64,000 nucleotides of DNA, from contig DHKY01000014.1 of the NCBI GenBank assembly GCA_002404995.1, forward strand, positions 72,620-136,619, written 5' to 3'. Every line of letters starts with the position of its first letter. Positions within the stretch are counted from its first letter, which is position 1. This document shows positions 28,401-36,214 of this stretch, piece by piece. Position numbers and translations under genes: made by a program. This DNA comes from Bacillales bacterium UBA4682. GTDB lineage: Bacteria > Bacillota_I > Bacilli_A > RFN20 > CAG-288. Under the pieces are notes generated by a model. It did no database searches and had not been told where the DNA came from. It saw only the letters and a program-made list of their open reading frames with translations.

Positions 28401-28715
28401 GCCGACAGCCTCGTTTCCGTCTGAGCTTCCATAAGGTACATATTCCATCTGCCAGCCTGTATATTCAGAAATTTTCTCAAGATAATCATAATTGTATCCA
28501 GTCACCTTTCCGGAATGACCGAAGAAGCTCCTTCCTTCCTGGGTAGGAAAGGCAACACGTATAATCGTTCTCTGTTCTTTGTCTTTTTGCTTTAAGGCAC
28601 TCTTTTCCTCGAATAACACATGAGTAGGATTCATTGGTTTAGAAAAAGAAGCAGAAAACAGCATCAAAATAGCAGAAAATCCCAAAAGCGTTCTTATTTT
28701 TCTCTTTAACGACAT
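25434..28715 (-). CDS. Hybrid sensor histidine kinase: two periplasmic solute-binding (Venus-flytrap/SBP_bac_3-like) domains, TM, HisKA, HATPase, REC, REC
   Basis: Signal peptide. TM AAAILASVLILIAGIVIFFIVYY. H-box SHDIRTPRNAVIGFSTLL. G-boxes GTGLGLAITK. Two receivers (RILLVDDE...VILDWQMPGRNG and HFLIAEDND...ILRDVRRPGRNG). Confidence 0.8.
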   Translation of the reverse strand: MSLKRKIRTLLGFSAILMLFSASFSKPMNPTHVLFEEKSALKQKDKEQRTIIRVAFPTQEGRSFFGHSGKVTGYNYDYLEKISEYTGWQMEYVPYGSSDGNEAVGKALSDLKEGKVDLLGPLLKNSGTEKNFEFPQRSYGTVYTTLCALKTNGLREHNLYGQALIKVGLWESAATRNGEVLSYLDSEKLNYEIVYYKTADEQKQALIDGKVDVISSVSLSPIANTRIVANFAPRPYYFASTKGNTGLIQKLDEARKRIDEVNPNFQDTLYDTYFRVANNTFLLSDEREKELSNIGKLKVLCRENTAPYAYEDNGKPKGVLVSALDDYCQRTGIKTEYTFASDRTDAEGKLDSGEFAFFLGRNMTSSRCSKFGYINSAPILTSVLSFAQRPDSDGKASRIAIVRGREEQYSTSDYEEVILCDNSRACLQAVEKGKADIAFGTRDSRQYYIYETGSSLVTSLVPGQTVNVTIPVSRDINTNVLASLNSYVASISESDLSKYISEANIHKNSGSLLLFRKRNPLQAAAILASVLILIAGIVIFFIVYYSKQKNKLEKVHNEQLSEALQVAEEANKAKTTFLSNRSHDIRTPRNAVIGFSTLLSKNTGDETKVKEYSRKITAASNHLLGLINDILDISKIESGKRTIRQSAFSLDELIESVNVVIRPMANAKKQELRINVGVRSHELFMGDKTRINQILINLLSNSIKYTPEGGQIGLQITDLGQSSQSFERLRFVVTDNGYGISDEFKKIIFDPFTRAENSTTNKESGTGLGLAITKNIIDLRGGTIDLQSELGKGTTFTVELSLHLTHEEEDKDFWHNHHRSRILLVDDEKSVCDGIKENRSDTGVVFDAVYSGKAAVELVKERYAEKKEYNAVILDWQMPGRNGLDTAKEIRKIIPVDTPILFLTSYDWTDIETKALEIDIDGFLAKPFSEVNLKEKLIEVERFKNSVSEDDTVFDLKGRHFLIAEDNDLNAEIALELLKSEGATADVAKDGKQVVEKFLSSKKGTYNAILRDVRRPGRNGYEATKAIRDSNHPEAKEIPIIARTASAFVKDVQDALDAGRNAHIAKPIHRDVLKNTLNSCLKKKSVEGGQEDD

Positions 28716-29078
28716 AAGCCCCTCTTTCTACTTTTTTTGGAAGTTAATATTTTTATTATAAAAGATAGTTAGGACAAATCCTATTTATTTTTCAAAAATT
28801 GTTACTAGAAAGCGCTAGAACGTATAAACATAAGGCCATCTTATTGCCCTCATCAACTCAATGGTGACCTTCGGTGACGGAAAACAATTAATTTGCTTCC
28901 TTGAAAATTCAAAAAAGGAAACTATAATAAATTTGACAAGTAAAAAAATAATTCCTATTTAATGTTTCCCCAAGAACCATCAATCACCTGAAAGAAATAT
29001 TCGATAGAAATTGTTTTTTTAAACAAAGGCGGCGGCCTAGTGCTTCTCATTCACATTCATTGAAAGGAGTATTTTTTA

Positions 29079-29924
29079 GTGAGCTTTGAAAAAAGGAACT
29101 TAGCAGAGGCAGAGAAGAAAATCGGTTATCATTTCAATAATCCAAATCTTTTAGCACAGGCTTTTACAAGATCATCCTATGCTAAGGAAAATGGAAAAGA
29201 AAGCAATGAAGTTCTGGAGTTCTTCGGCGACAAGATTCTTTCTAGGTATATCGTAAAAAGAATTGCCGAAGTCCTCGGCAACAAAGACAGGAACCAAAAC
29301 GAAGGATTCGCAATTCAGAATCACGAAATGGAAGGGGCATTAAGCTATCTTCACAATACACTGGTTTCCAACAAACATTTAGCCACAAGAACAGAACAGC
29401 TTGGCTTATTTCAATATAGGTTCTTAGGTAAAGGCGAAAAGACTTCTCAAAACGAAAAGAAACCAAAAGCTGATCTGATTGAGGCAATCAGGGGCGCAGT
29501 CGCTATCGATAGTAACTGGAATGATACTGTGATTGAGATTGTAAGGAACAAACTCCTTGAAATTGATTCCTTTATCCAATCCTGGGATTTTTCATCAAAA
29601 AATAAAGAATTGAAAAATCCAGCAAAGACAAAAGAAAAAGTTCTAGAGGCTGCAGTCCCTGAGACACCAAAATTAAACTTACGGTTCTCAAATCAAAACG
29701 CAACGTCTGTCCTCTTCGAACAAATAGCCAAACATAAATACCCTAAAATCAAGTGGTCTTTCACGGAAGTGAAGAAAACAAAAGAAAGAATCGAGTGGGA
29801 GTGCCACTACAAAATGGAAGGAAGCAGACTTTCTGGCAAAACAATCGCAAAAAAGAAAAAACAAGCAAGAAAATTAGCAGCCTACGAAATTCTGACCTTT
29901 CTTACAAAGAAAGAAAACAAGTAG
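29079..29924 (+). CDS. Ribonuclease III family protein (catalytic domain, ~35-aa insertion, C-terminal dsRBD)
   Basis: GTG start with RBS AAAGGAG. N-terminus KIGYHFNNPNLLAQAFTRSSYAKENG. Signature-like EVLEFFGDKIL. Second catalytic block ADLIEAIRGAVAIDS. C-terminal dsRBD-like GKTIAKKKKQARKLAAYEILTFL. Confidence 0.65.
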   Translation: MSFEKRNLAEAEKKIGYHFNNPNLLAQAFTRSSYAKENGKESNEVLEFFGDKILSRYIVKRIAEVLGNKDRNQNEGFAIQNHEMEGALSYLHNTLVSNKHLATRTEQLGLFQYRFLGKGEKTSQNEKKPKADLIEAIRGAVAIDSNWNDTVIEIVRNKLLEIDSFIQSWDFSSKNKELKNPAKTKEKVLEAAVPETPKLNLRFSNQNATSVLFEQIAKHKYPKIKWSFTEVKKTKERIEWECHYKMEGSRLSGKTIAKKKKQARKLAAYEILTFLTKKENK

Positions 29925-29943
29925 TTACTAAAACAAACGAAAA

Positions 29944-29980
29944 GCGCTTCTCCTTACCGCCGAAAGGAGAAGCGTTTTTT
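29944..29980 (+). terminator. Rho-independent terminator after the RNase III-like gene
   Basis: Hairpin AAGCGCTTCTCCT...AGGAGAAGCG followed by a T6 run. Confidence 0.7.
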
Positions 29981-29981
29981 G

Positions 29982-30341
29982 TCATTCCATTATTTTCTTT
30001 TTCGAATTCTTTATTCTGATGATGAAGAATACAAGTTGGATAGACTCAGCAATCAAAGACAGAGCGAAGAAAACCAATCCCACAAAAGGAATATAGGACG
30101 GATATCCAATCAGGAGAACACAACCAAGAATTCCGATTCCGGTTCCAAAGAAGGATAAGAAGGAAAACTTAGTGAACATTCCTGCAGCGCCAAATGCAAC
30201 AATCAAGAAAGAAGCAGATAAAATCGTCGACCACAGCTCGACATAACCAATAATCCTAGCCCGCCTGAATTCACCAAGGCATGCAAGAATCAAGGAGATA
30301 AAGACACTCCAAGAAATCAGTTTTTCTTTTTTCATAATCAT
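29982..30341 (-). CDS. Small integral membrane protein (hypothetical)
   Basis: 119 aa with 3-4 hydrophobic helices. Start overlaps the stop of the upstream esterase gene (ATGA). Confidence 0.45.
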   Translation of the reverse strand: MIMKKEKLISWSVFISLILACLGEFRRARIIGYVELWSTILSASFLIVAFGAAGMFTKFSFLSFFGTGIGILGCVLLIGYPSYIPFVGLVFFALSLIAESIQLVFFIIRIKNSKKKIME

Positions 30342-31288
30342 TTGAAGAAACGAAGCAGAGAATTATAGAGTCCGACTCTCCAGCTTCTTGCCGAATGGTA
30401 TCCCCTCCGGACTTTGACGTATTCGGTATTCTTATCCGTAAAAATACGGCTGGAATCACTCAGAAGCTCGTTAACCATTTTGCGATGTCCATGGTAAGCA
30501 AAATCATAGATTCCGTCTGCGTTGAACCTGTAGTTCAGCTTATAATTCTTGAATTCCGGACTTGTCAGCGAGGAAATGATTTCCGTGCTGTTCACCGAAG
30601 AAGAATAGCATCCGAAATAGGAGAAATAATCAAAGCAGTTGATCCTTCCGGCATTAAGAGTCAATCGGCAGCCATTGGATAAACCAGCAATAGCCCGGTG
30701 ATCACGGCTTGACGACAGTCCGAGTTTATCCTGTGTCACACTATAGGTAGCATATTTTGCCTCAACCGAAGGAACGATATCGTATCTAAGTTCACTGATG
30801 AAATTCTTATTCGAGTTTTCCTTTACTGGAGAGTAATCCTTTATATTCTTGATATTGTCGTCTCCAAACAAGCCATAACTGTAGAAGGTCGGACAGACAA
30901 CGATAAGAGGATCAATGACTTTATAATAAATCAGATTATCCAGCCTTACTCTGGCTTTTATGTTTTCAAGCCAGGTATCGAGATGATTCACGCTCTGTTT
31001 ATCTGTTCCATGAAGCAGATAAAGGATATTGTATTGAGTCCCGCTGTCATACCCATAAGGAAGGTACACAGCGCACTTTTTTTCCTCTTTACGCCCAGAG
31101 TTGAATACATAGTCCTGGGTTTCATAGGAAAAAGTCTCAACATTCCCTTTCTGTTCACTCCGTTCGCTAAGGTATTTTTTGTCAACTTCCACATCCGTGA
31201 TTTCTGCCTCTCCTGAAGCAGCATGACAGGAAGTAAGAAAAAGTGTGAACAGAAGGACCGACGAGGTCAGCAATTTGTTCTTAACCAT
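30338..31288 (-). CDS. Secreted esterase-family lipoprotein (alpha/beta hydrolase)
   Basis: RBS GGGAGG before MVKNKLLTSSVLLFTLFLTSC lipobox. LLHGTDKQSVNH and GxSxG-like AGLSNGC. The ORF is open upstream to 31345, but that would overlap the terminator. Confidence 0.5.
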   Translation of the reverse strand: MVKNKLLTSSVLLFTLFLTSCHAASGEAEITDVEVDKKYLSERSEQKGNVETFSYETQDYVFNSGRKEEKKCAVYLPYGYDSGTQYNILYLLHGTDKQSVNHLDTWLENIKARVRLDNLIYYKVIDPLIVVCPTFYSYGLFGDDNIKNIKDYSPVKENSNKNFISELRYDIVPSVEAKYATYSVTQDKLGLSSSRDHRAIAGLSNGCRLTLNAGRINCFDYFSYFGCYSSSVNSTEIISSLTSPEFKNYKLNYRFNADGIYDFAYHGHRKMVNELLSDSSRIFTDKNTEYVKVRRGYHSARSWRVGLYNSLLRFFK

Positions 31289-31302
31289 ATTGGCCTCCCT
31301 AT

Positions 31303-31343
31303 AAAAACGAGAAGGATCCGCCTGAAAAAGCGGATCCTTTCTC
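31303..31343 (-). terminator. Rho-independent terminator after the cassette-1 small membrane protein gene
   Basis: Hairpin AAGGATCCGC-CTGAAAAA-GCGGATCCTT with a U-rich tract on the minus strand. Confidence 0.6.
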
Positions 31344-31354
31344 ATTGAATCGTA

Positions 31355-31771
31355 TTATTCTTTTACCGGAACAGGCTTCTTCTTGGAATATCCAAGGCTG
31401 AAGGCAACCGCTGCAAGAATGACAGCAACAAAATCGAAGATCCAGAAGAGGAAGAAGAGAGCATCAAAGGAATTGCCATCGACTCCGAAAGCAACATTGG
31501 AGATGAAGAGCCTTTCGGTGTTGAGTAAAACAGCAATCGACACCGCATAGAAGACAACTGGAAGGATTCCTAAGATTCCGAAATCCTTAAAGAGGCAGAG
31601 AAGAGTTGTAACAAGTCCTAAGACAATCCTGACAACCGCGACAGGAGAAACCGGAGAAAGGTAGTTTCCGCCTCGTGCTGTGTAGAAAATCAAAGTAAGT
31701 AATCCGCAAAGGAGAGAAGCGAGGGAAAGATAGAAGCCTTTGCCTTTGGAAGCTAGGAATTTCTTCAACAT
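31355..31771 (-). CDS. Small 4-TM membrane protein (cassette 1), paralogous to 48573-49016
   Basis: RBS AAAAGGAGG lies inside the GH3 3' end, giving near-contiguous stop/start. Shares TARGGNYLSPVSPVAVV (copy 2 has TTGYFAGNTPDAAVV) and a 4-TM topology with the copy-2 protein. Confidence 0.55.
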   Translation of the reverse strand: MLKKFLASKGKGFYLSLASLLCGLLTLIFYTARGGNYLSPVSPVAVVRIVLGLVTTLLCLFKDFGILGILPVVFYAVSIAVLLNTERLFISNVAFGVDGNSFDALFFLFWIFDFVAVILAAVAFSLGYSKKKPVPVKE

Positions 31772-31772
31772 A

Positions 31773-34772
31773 CTAATTATCCTCCTTTTTACCAGCAATC
31801 CTGTTATAGATGATTAATCCAAGGGATGCAGCAGCAAGAACACTGAAGACAGATGTCAAAGCGATGAGGGTGTTATCATACCAAGTATTGACCTGGACAA
31901 TCTTGCTCGAAGAGGTAAGACCGTTCCTAGCAGCAGAATTGGCAAAGACATAAAGCTGACGATGAATTGCTTCACGCCTGTTGGACCTAAGCTTATAGTC
32001 CTTGGTAATATCGATACCCTGTAGATACTTGGCAAAGCCGGTTCCGGAAGTGCAGAACCTAGTAGTACCGGCTTCATAGGCAAGCTGAGGTTCCCTTAAG
32101 GAGCCCTGCTTCTGTCCGAAGTCCGTTGTAACAGCGCCTTGGAATCCCCATTCCTTTTCCCTGACATTCTTCCAGAGATTGGAATGATGGCCGGTCCAGA
32201 CAAGTCCCAAACGATTGAATGCACCCATGACAGCAGTGCAGCTCTTATCTTCTTTTCCCGTCGTTTCGAAAGCATATTGGAAGGCACGGAGATAGACTTC
32301 ACGGATAGCCTGCTCATTGGAGAAAGTGCAGACACCGATACGGTTGGTTTCCTGATCGTTGAGGAAGAAGTGTTTGAGATAAGGAATCGTTCCCTTGCCC
32401 CTAGCACCCTTGACCTCAGCTTCGCAGAGCTTTCCGGCAAGGAAACCGTCTTCGGAATAGTACTCGAAGTTACGGCCTCCGCAAGGAGTACGATGCGTGT
32501 TGGCAGCCGGGCCATACCAGCCGACTCCTCCGCCCCAGAGTCCTTCTTCGCCGAAGGAATCGCCGACTTCATTGGTCAGGGTTACATTCCAGGTACCGGC
32601 AATGATAGTCTCAGTCGGATATGAAACCATCAGTTCATCAGTCTTCTTGACATTCTCGGCATCATACTGCTTTGTATAGTCTTCGATGTAATTGGATTTT
32701 GTCCAAGCAGACGGGCCATCGACCGCAGTGGTAGCATTGAGTCCGACGGATTCCCTCTTATTACGTCCCTGAGCAGTTGAGGAATAATAGTCATCAAGGG
32801 TAAGCTGGTCCAGAAGCTTATCCCAGTTCTCGTTGTCATAATCAGCACCGATCATCCTAGCCAGCGTGTATTTCTTTTCGGCTCCGGTAGTGATAGAAGA
32901 GGTGTCACTGCTTCCCTTTTCATAAGCAGAAGGAGAAGTGGTTCCATCCGTCTTTTCCGAATAATAAGAAGCGATTTCCTCTAACCTCTTATTATTTGCT
33001 GAAAGATTCTTGACACCAGTTGGATAGGTTCCGTTCCAGTCCTTACGAGAGAGATAAGTGATCTTCTGGTCGCTGTCTCCAACATAATAGTTCAGATCAG
33101 TGGAATCGAATTGATTGGTAATCGTTGCATTGTTTCCGCTTAAACGATACTCATCCTTATCGAAAGATCCTTTTGTGAATTTGCGTGCTTTGGAAGCGTC
33201 GCCAGCAGCATCCATTCTGGCTTTCTGAACTCCATCCACCTTGGATTCCAGAATGTTGTTCAAGGCTTCGTGGGTTCCATTGCCGATGGCAAAATAATAA
33301 TCACCCTGCTCTAAGACATAAGTCTTGCTGTTGGTATAGTCGTAGCTGGCTAAATCTGAAAGAGAGACATCAATCGTCACTTTCTCAGACTGTCCAGGAG
33401 CAATCAAGCCGGTTTTCGCAAAGCCGACAAGCTGAATTGCACTCTTCTCGATGATTCCAGATCCGTAGGGAGCCTGGGCATAGAGTTCAACGACATCCTT
33501 GGCAGAGTAATTCGTAGAATTGTTCTTCACCGTGACTGTTGCTTTGGCTGTCTTGTTGTTCCAATCGACCTGCCTATCATCCAAGGTCTGAGTAAAGGTG
33601 GCATAGCTTAAGCCATAGCCAAAGGGGAACTGGACTTCCTCGTTGTAACGCCAGTTGCCTTTCGATACAACAGCACCAGCCTTAGAATCGGAATTTCCTC
33701 TTCCTAAGACATAATCCTCGTAACGGGTTTCAAAGTAACGGTAACCGACATAGATACCTTCCTGATAGACGAGATACTTACGGGAATCGGGGTTGACGAT
33801 ATCATCCTTATTTGCATAATCGAAGTTTCCGAAGTTCCTCATCGAAGGATTGGCTTCCACATCATAAGCATAAGTGTCCGCAAGATGTCCGCTCGGGCAG
33901 GTCTTACCGACTAAGATATCAGTTACAGCATCAAGTCCGACTTCGCCCGGACCGCCGATATAGAGGCAGCTATCGATATTGTATTCATCGAGGAAGCCAA
34001 GTTCCGGAGTATTGAAGGTATTGACTAAGACAATGCGCTTCTTAAACGGCCCGTTTTTCCTTTCTTCCAAGACAGACTTCTCTTCATCCGTTAAGGATAA
34101 GTAATCGGATGTAAGGTCAGTGCCTTCGCCGCCGATTCTTGTCAGGACAAAGACAGCAGCATCGGAATAGTCGTTATAGGAGGCTTTCCTATCCGAATCG
34201 AATTCCGAGGCATTGATTTCATTGACTTGGTTGATGACACGGAAATTCAGTGTCTTGCCAGTCCAACCAGTCTTTTCGATGAAGCCTCTCTTCTCGTCGT
34301 AATTCTTTTTATAGAAATCGTAGATAGTCTTGTTGATTTCAATCTTATCCTGGCAAGCCTTGAGCAAGTCCCTCTTCCGCTCTTCGCTGGAAGTGACACC
34401 ACCGCTTCCGGTTCCTCCAAGAGCTAAGTCGACCTGATTATATCCGAAGAATGTGACCTTAGCCTTTTCGTTGAGCGGTAAAGCATTATTTTTGTTAGTC
34501 CTTAAGACTGTTCCTTCCGCCTGGACCTGTTTTGCGACATCCCGCGCATGATTCCTAACGGATTTATAGTCAGAATAGTCGCTCTTATAGTGAATAGGAT
34601 TTTCGTTTCCGTCTCCGGTTTCAATAATCTTCGTTGAACTGATGTTGAGGAATTTGTTGATGTATCCGGACCACTCCTTGGTGACTGCAATTCCGCCGAT
34701 AGATGCGGAGAGAAGGATAGTCGATGCGGAAAGGATTGCACGCCATAATCCGGTTCTGCCGATTTTCTTCAT
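31773..34772 (-). CDS. Membrane-anchored glycoside hydrolase family 3 with permuted domain order (cassette 1)
   Basis: RBS AAGGAG. N-terminal signal/anchor and C-terminal TM LIALTSVFSVLAAASLGLIIY. The GH3 C-terminal-type domain (FPFGYGLSYATF) precedes the TIM-barrel motifs (RTPCGGRNFEYYSEDGFL, KHFFLNDQE, GFQGAVTTDFG). Confidence 0.75.
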   Translation of the reverse strand: MKKIGRTGLWRAILSASTILLSASIGGIAVTKEWSGYINKFLNISSTKIIETGDGNENPIHYKSDYSDYKSVRNHARDVAKQVQAEGTVLRTNKNNALPLNEKAKVTFFGYNQVDLALGGTGSGGVTSSEERKRDLLKACQDKIEINKTIYDFYKKNYDEKRGFIEKTGWTGKTLNFRVINQVNEINASEFDSDRKASYNDYSDAAVFVLTRIGGEGTDLTSDYLSLTDEEKSVLEERKNGPFKKRIVLVNTFNTPELGFLDEYNIDSCLYIGGPGEVGLDAVTDILVGKTCPSGHLADTYAYDVEANPSMRNFGNFDYANKDDIVNPDSRKYLVYQEGIYVGYRYFETRYEDYVLGRGNSDSKAGAVVSKGNWRYNEEVQFPFGYGLSYATFTQTLDDRQVDWNNKTAKATVTVKNNSTNYSAKDVVELYAQAPYGSGIIEKSAIQLVGFAKTGLIAPGQSEKVTIDVSLSDLASYDYTNSKTYVLEQGDYYFAIGNGTHEALNNILESKVDGVQKARMDAAGDASKARKFTKGSFDKDEYRLSGNNATITNQFDSTDLNYYVGDSDQKITYLSRKDWNGTYPTGVKNLSANNKRLEEIASYYSEKTDGTTSPSAYEKGSSDTSSITTGAEKKYTLARMIGADYDNENWDKLLDQLTLDDYYSSTAQGRNKRESVGLNATTAVDGPSAWTKSNYIEDYTKQYDAENVKKTDELMVSYPTETIIAGTWNVTLTNEVGDSFGEEGLWGGGVGWYGPAANTHRTPCGGRNFEYYSEDGFLAGKLCEAEVKGARGKGTIPYLKHFFLNDQETNRIGVCTFSNEQAIREVYLRAFQYAFETTGKEDKSCTAVMGAFNRLGLVWTGHHSNLWKNVREKEWGFQGAVTTDFGQKQGSLREPQLAYEAGTTRFCTSGTGFAKYLQGIDITKDYKLRSNRREAIHRQLYVFANSAARNGLTSSSKIVQVNTWYDNTLIALTSVFSVLAAASLGLIIYNRIAGKKEDN

Positions 34773-34849
34773 AATCTGTTACGCTCCTTGTAACTTGAAG
34801 GGATGTACTCGAGTTGTCCCTTGCTGAGAAAAGTATAATCTTCTCTTAT

Positions 34850-34896
34850 GGCAAGAAAAGGAGTTGGCAAGAAAATGCACTTTTTTGGCAAAAAAT
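34850..34896. promoter_or_regulatory. Three direct repeats TGGCAAGAAAA / TGGCAAGAAAA / TGGCAAAAAAT in the kinase-to-GH3 intergenic region (sense-strand TTTTCTTGCCA). Spacing 16 and 21 bp. Candidate LytTR-regulator binding sites.
   Basis: Seen directly. The repeats lie 78-125 bp upstream of the GH3 start. A 21-bp spacing matches the periodicity of LytTR (AgrA-type) direct-repeat sites. Confidence 0.4.
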
Positions 34897-34921
34897 GTAT
34901 TGGTACCCCTTTTTATAGGAA

Positions 34922-36214
34922 TTAAGCGGTTACATTGGCATCTTCTGGAAGTGGGAAGATGATATCTGCATTATAAATATCGTTTTCCTTGTAGAAACGG
35001 ATGTTCCCGTTGTATTTTTTCACAATGTAGCAAATGCTCTTCACACCGAAGCCGTGATATCGGTTGTCGCCCTTGGTTGAAAGAGGAAGTCCGTCCTTGA
35101 ACTGGACAGGAGTATTGCAATAGTTTTCGATGTGGACAGAGATGATATGTCCTTTCTGGCTGATCTTAAGAAGGATAAAACGCTGCTTTACATCCGTTAC
35201 TTTTTCCTCGTATTCAATCGCGTTATCCAATAGATTTCCAAACAAGGAAGTCAGATCGCCTATTCGAAGGAAACCCAAAAGGTCTTCCTTTACCATAATA
35301 TAAAAAGGAATATTCCGGCTATTGCAGATATAAGTCTTCTCACTGAGGACAGTATCAAGGGCTTTGTTTCCGGTCTTTGGAGAGCATTCGTATTCGTTGA
35401 CCGTTTTCTCTAACTCGCTGAGTTCTTCTTCGCTCCTGTTCCCACGTTCCTTGAAGTCGTTGATGAAATGCTTCAGATCGTGGGCTTTCCTGTTGAGGAC
35501 ATCGATATTGTTCTTTACCGATTCATAATACTTGTCGGATTGGTTGATGAATCGTTCCAGATAGATGTTCTCATTCACCTTGTTCTTATAGCCAAGGAGT
35601 CCGAACTGAAGCATGAGAGAAATGACATCGCAGAAGACAAGTGGAAGACGGGTGACCCAGAGTCCGTCGATTTCATAGACCTGAAGAAGGAACTGGAGAA
35701 GGTAACAGAACCTGGCTGAGAAGATGGCAATTGGAAAGACGCCCCCTCCTTTCAGAGTAACTCCTTTGGAAAGATCACTGAAGCGATAAATAATAAAACA
35801 ACAAAGTCCATAGACAACCAGCCTGACACTGACAGAAAGAAAGAACCACCCAATGGAATTAATCTGGTTTTTGAAAGGCAGGTAGATCAGGTTCTCGATA
35901 TTATGGGAAAGATTCTGGATTAGCTGAGCTCCGACACAGCAGAAGAGAAGATCTTTCAGCTTGTTTTCGAAGCAGATAATCAGTCCCAGGAAGGAGAGGA
36001 GGAATATGGTAATCGATGACAAGCCTTGAATGACTTGGTTTAAGAGGTTCGTCAGCCTGACGGAGCAGATTGCGTAGAGGGCAAACGTAATGACAGCAAG
36101 CAAAACGAAGTGTTTCCGTCTTTTGAAAAAAGGAACGAAAAGAAGCTCCGCAAAGAATATCTGGAGAATATATCCGTGAGAGGAATGAAGGACAAAAAGT
36201 TCAGACAGACTCAT
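34922..36214 (-). CDS. AgrC-like (HPK10, GHKL) membrane sensor histidine kinase (cassette 1)
   Basis: Polytopic N-terminal domain. H-box NRKAHDLKHFIN. N-box GNLLDNAIEY. G-box HGFGVKSICYIV. Start overlaps the RR stop by 4 nt. Confidence 0.75.
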   Translation of the reverse strand: MSLSELFVLHSSHGYILQIFFAELLFVPFFKRRKHFVLLAVITFALYAICSVRLTNLLNQVIQGLSSITIFLLSFLGLIICFENKLKDLLFCCVGAQLIQNLSHNIENLIYLPFKNQINSIGWFFLSVSVRLVVYGLCCFIIYRFSDLSKGVTLKGGGVFPIAIFSARFCYLLQFLLQVYEIDGLWVTRLPLVFCDVISLMLQFGLLGYKNKVNENIYLERFINQSDKYYESVKNNIDVLNRKAHDLKHFINDFKERGNRSEEELSELEKTVNEYECSPKTGNKALDTVLSEKTYICNSRNIPFYIMVKEDLLGFLRIGDLTSLFGNLLDNAIEYEEKVTDVKQRFILLKISQKGHIISVHIENYCNTPVQFKDGLPLSTKGDNRYHGFGVKSICYIVKKYNGNIRFYKENDIYNADIIFPLPEDANVTA

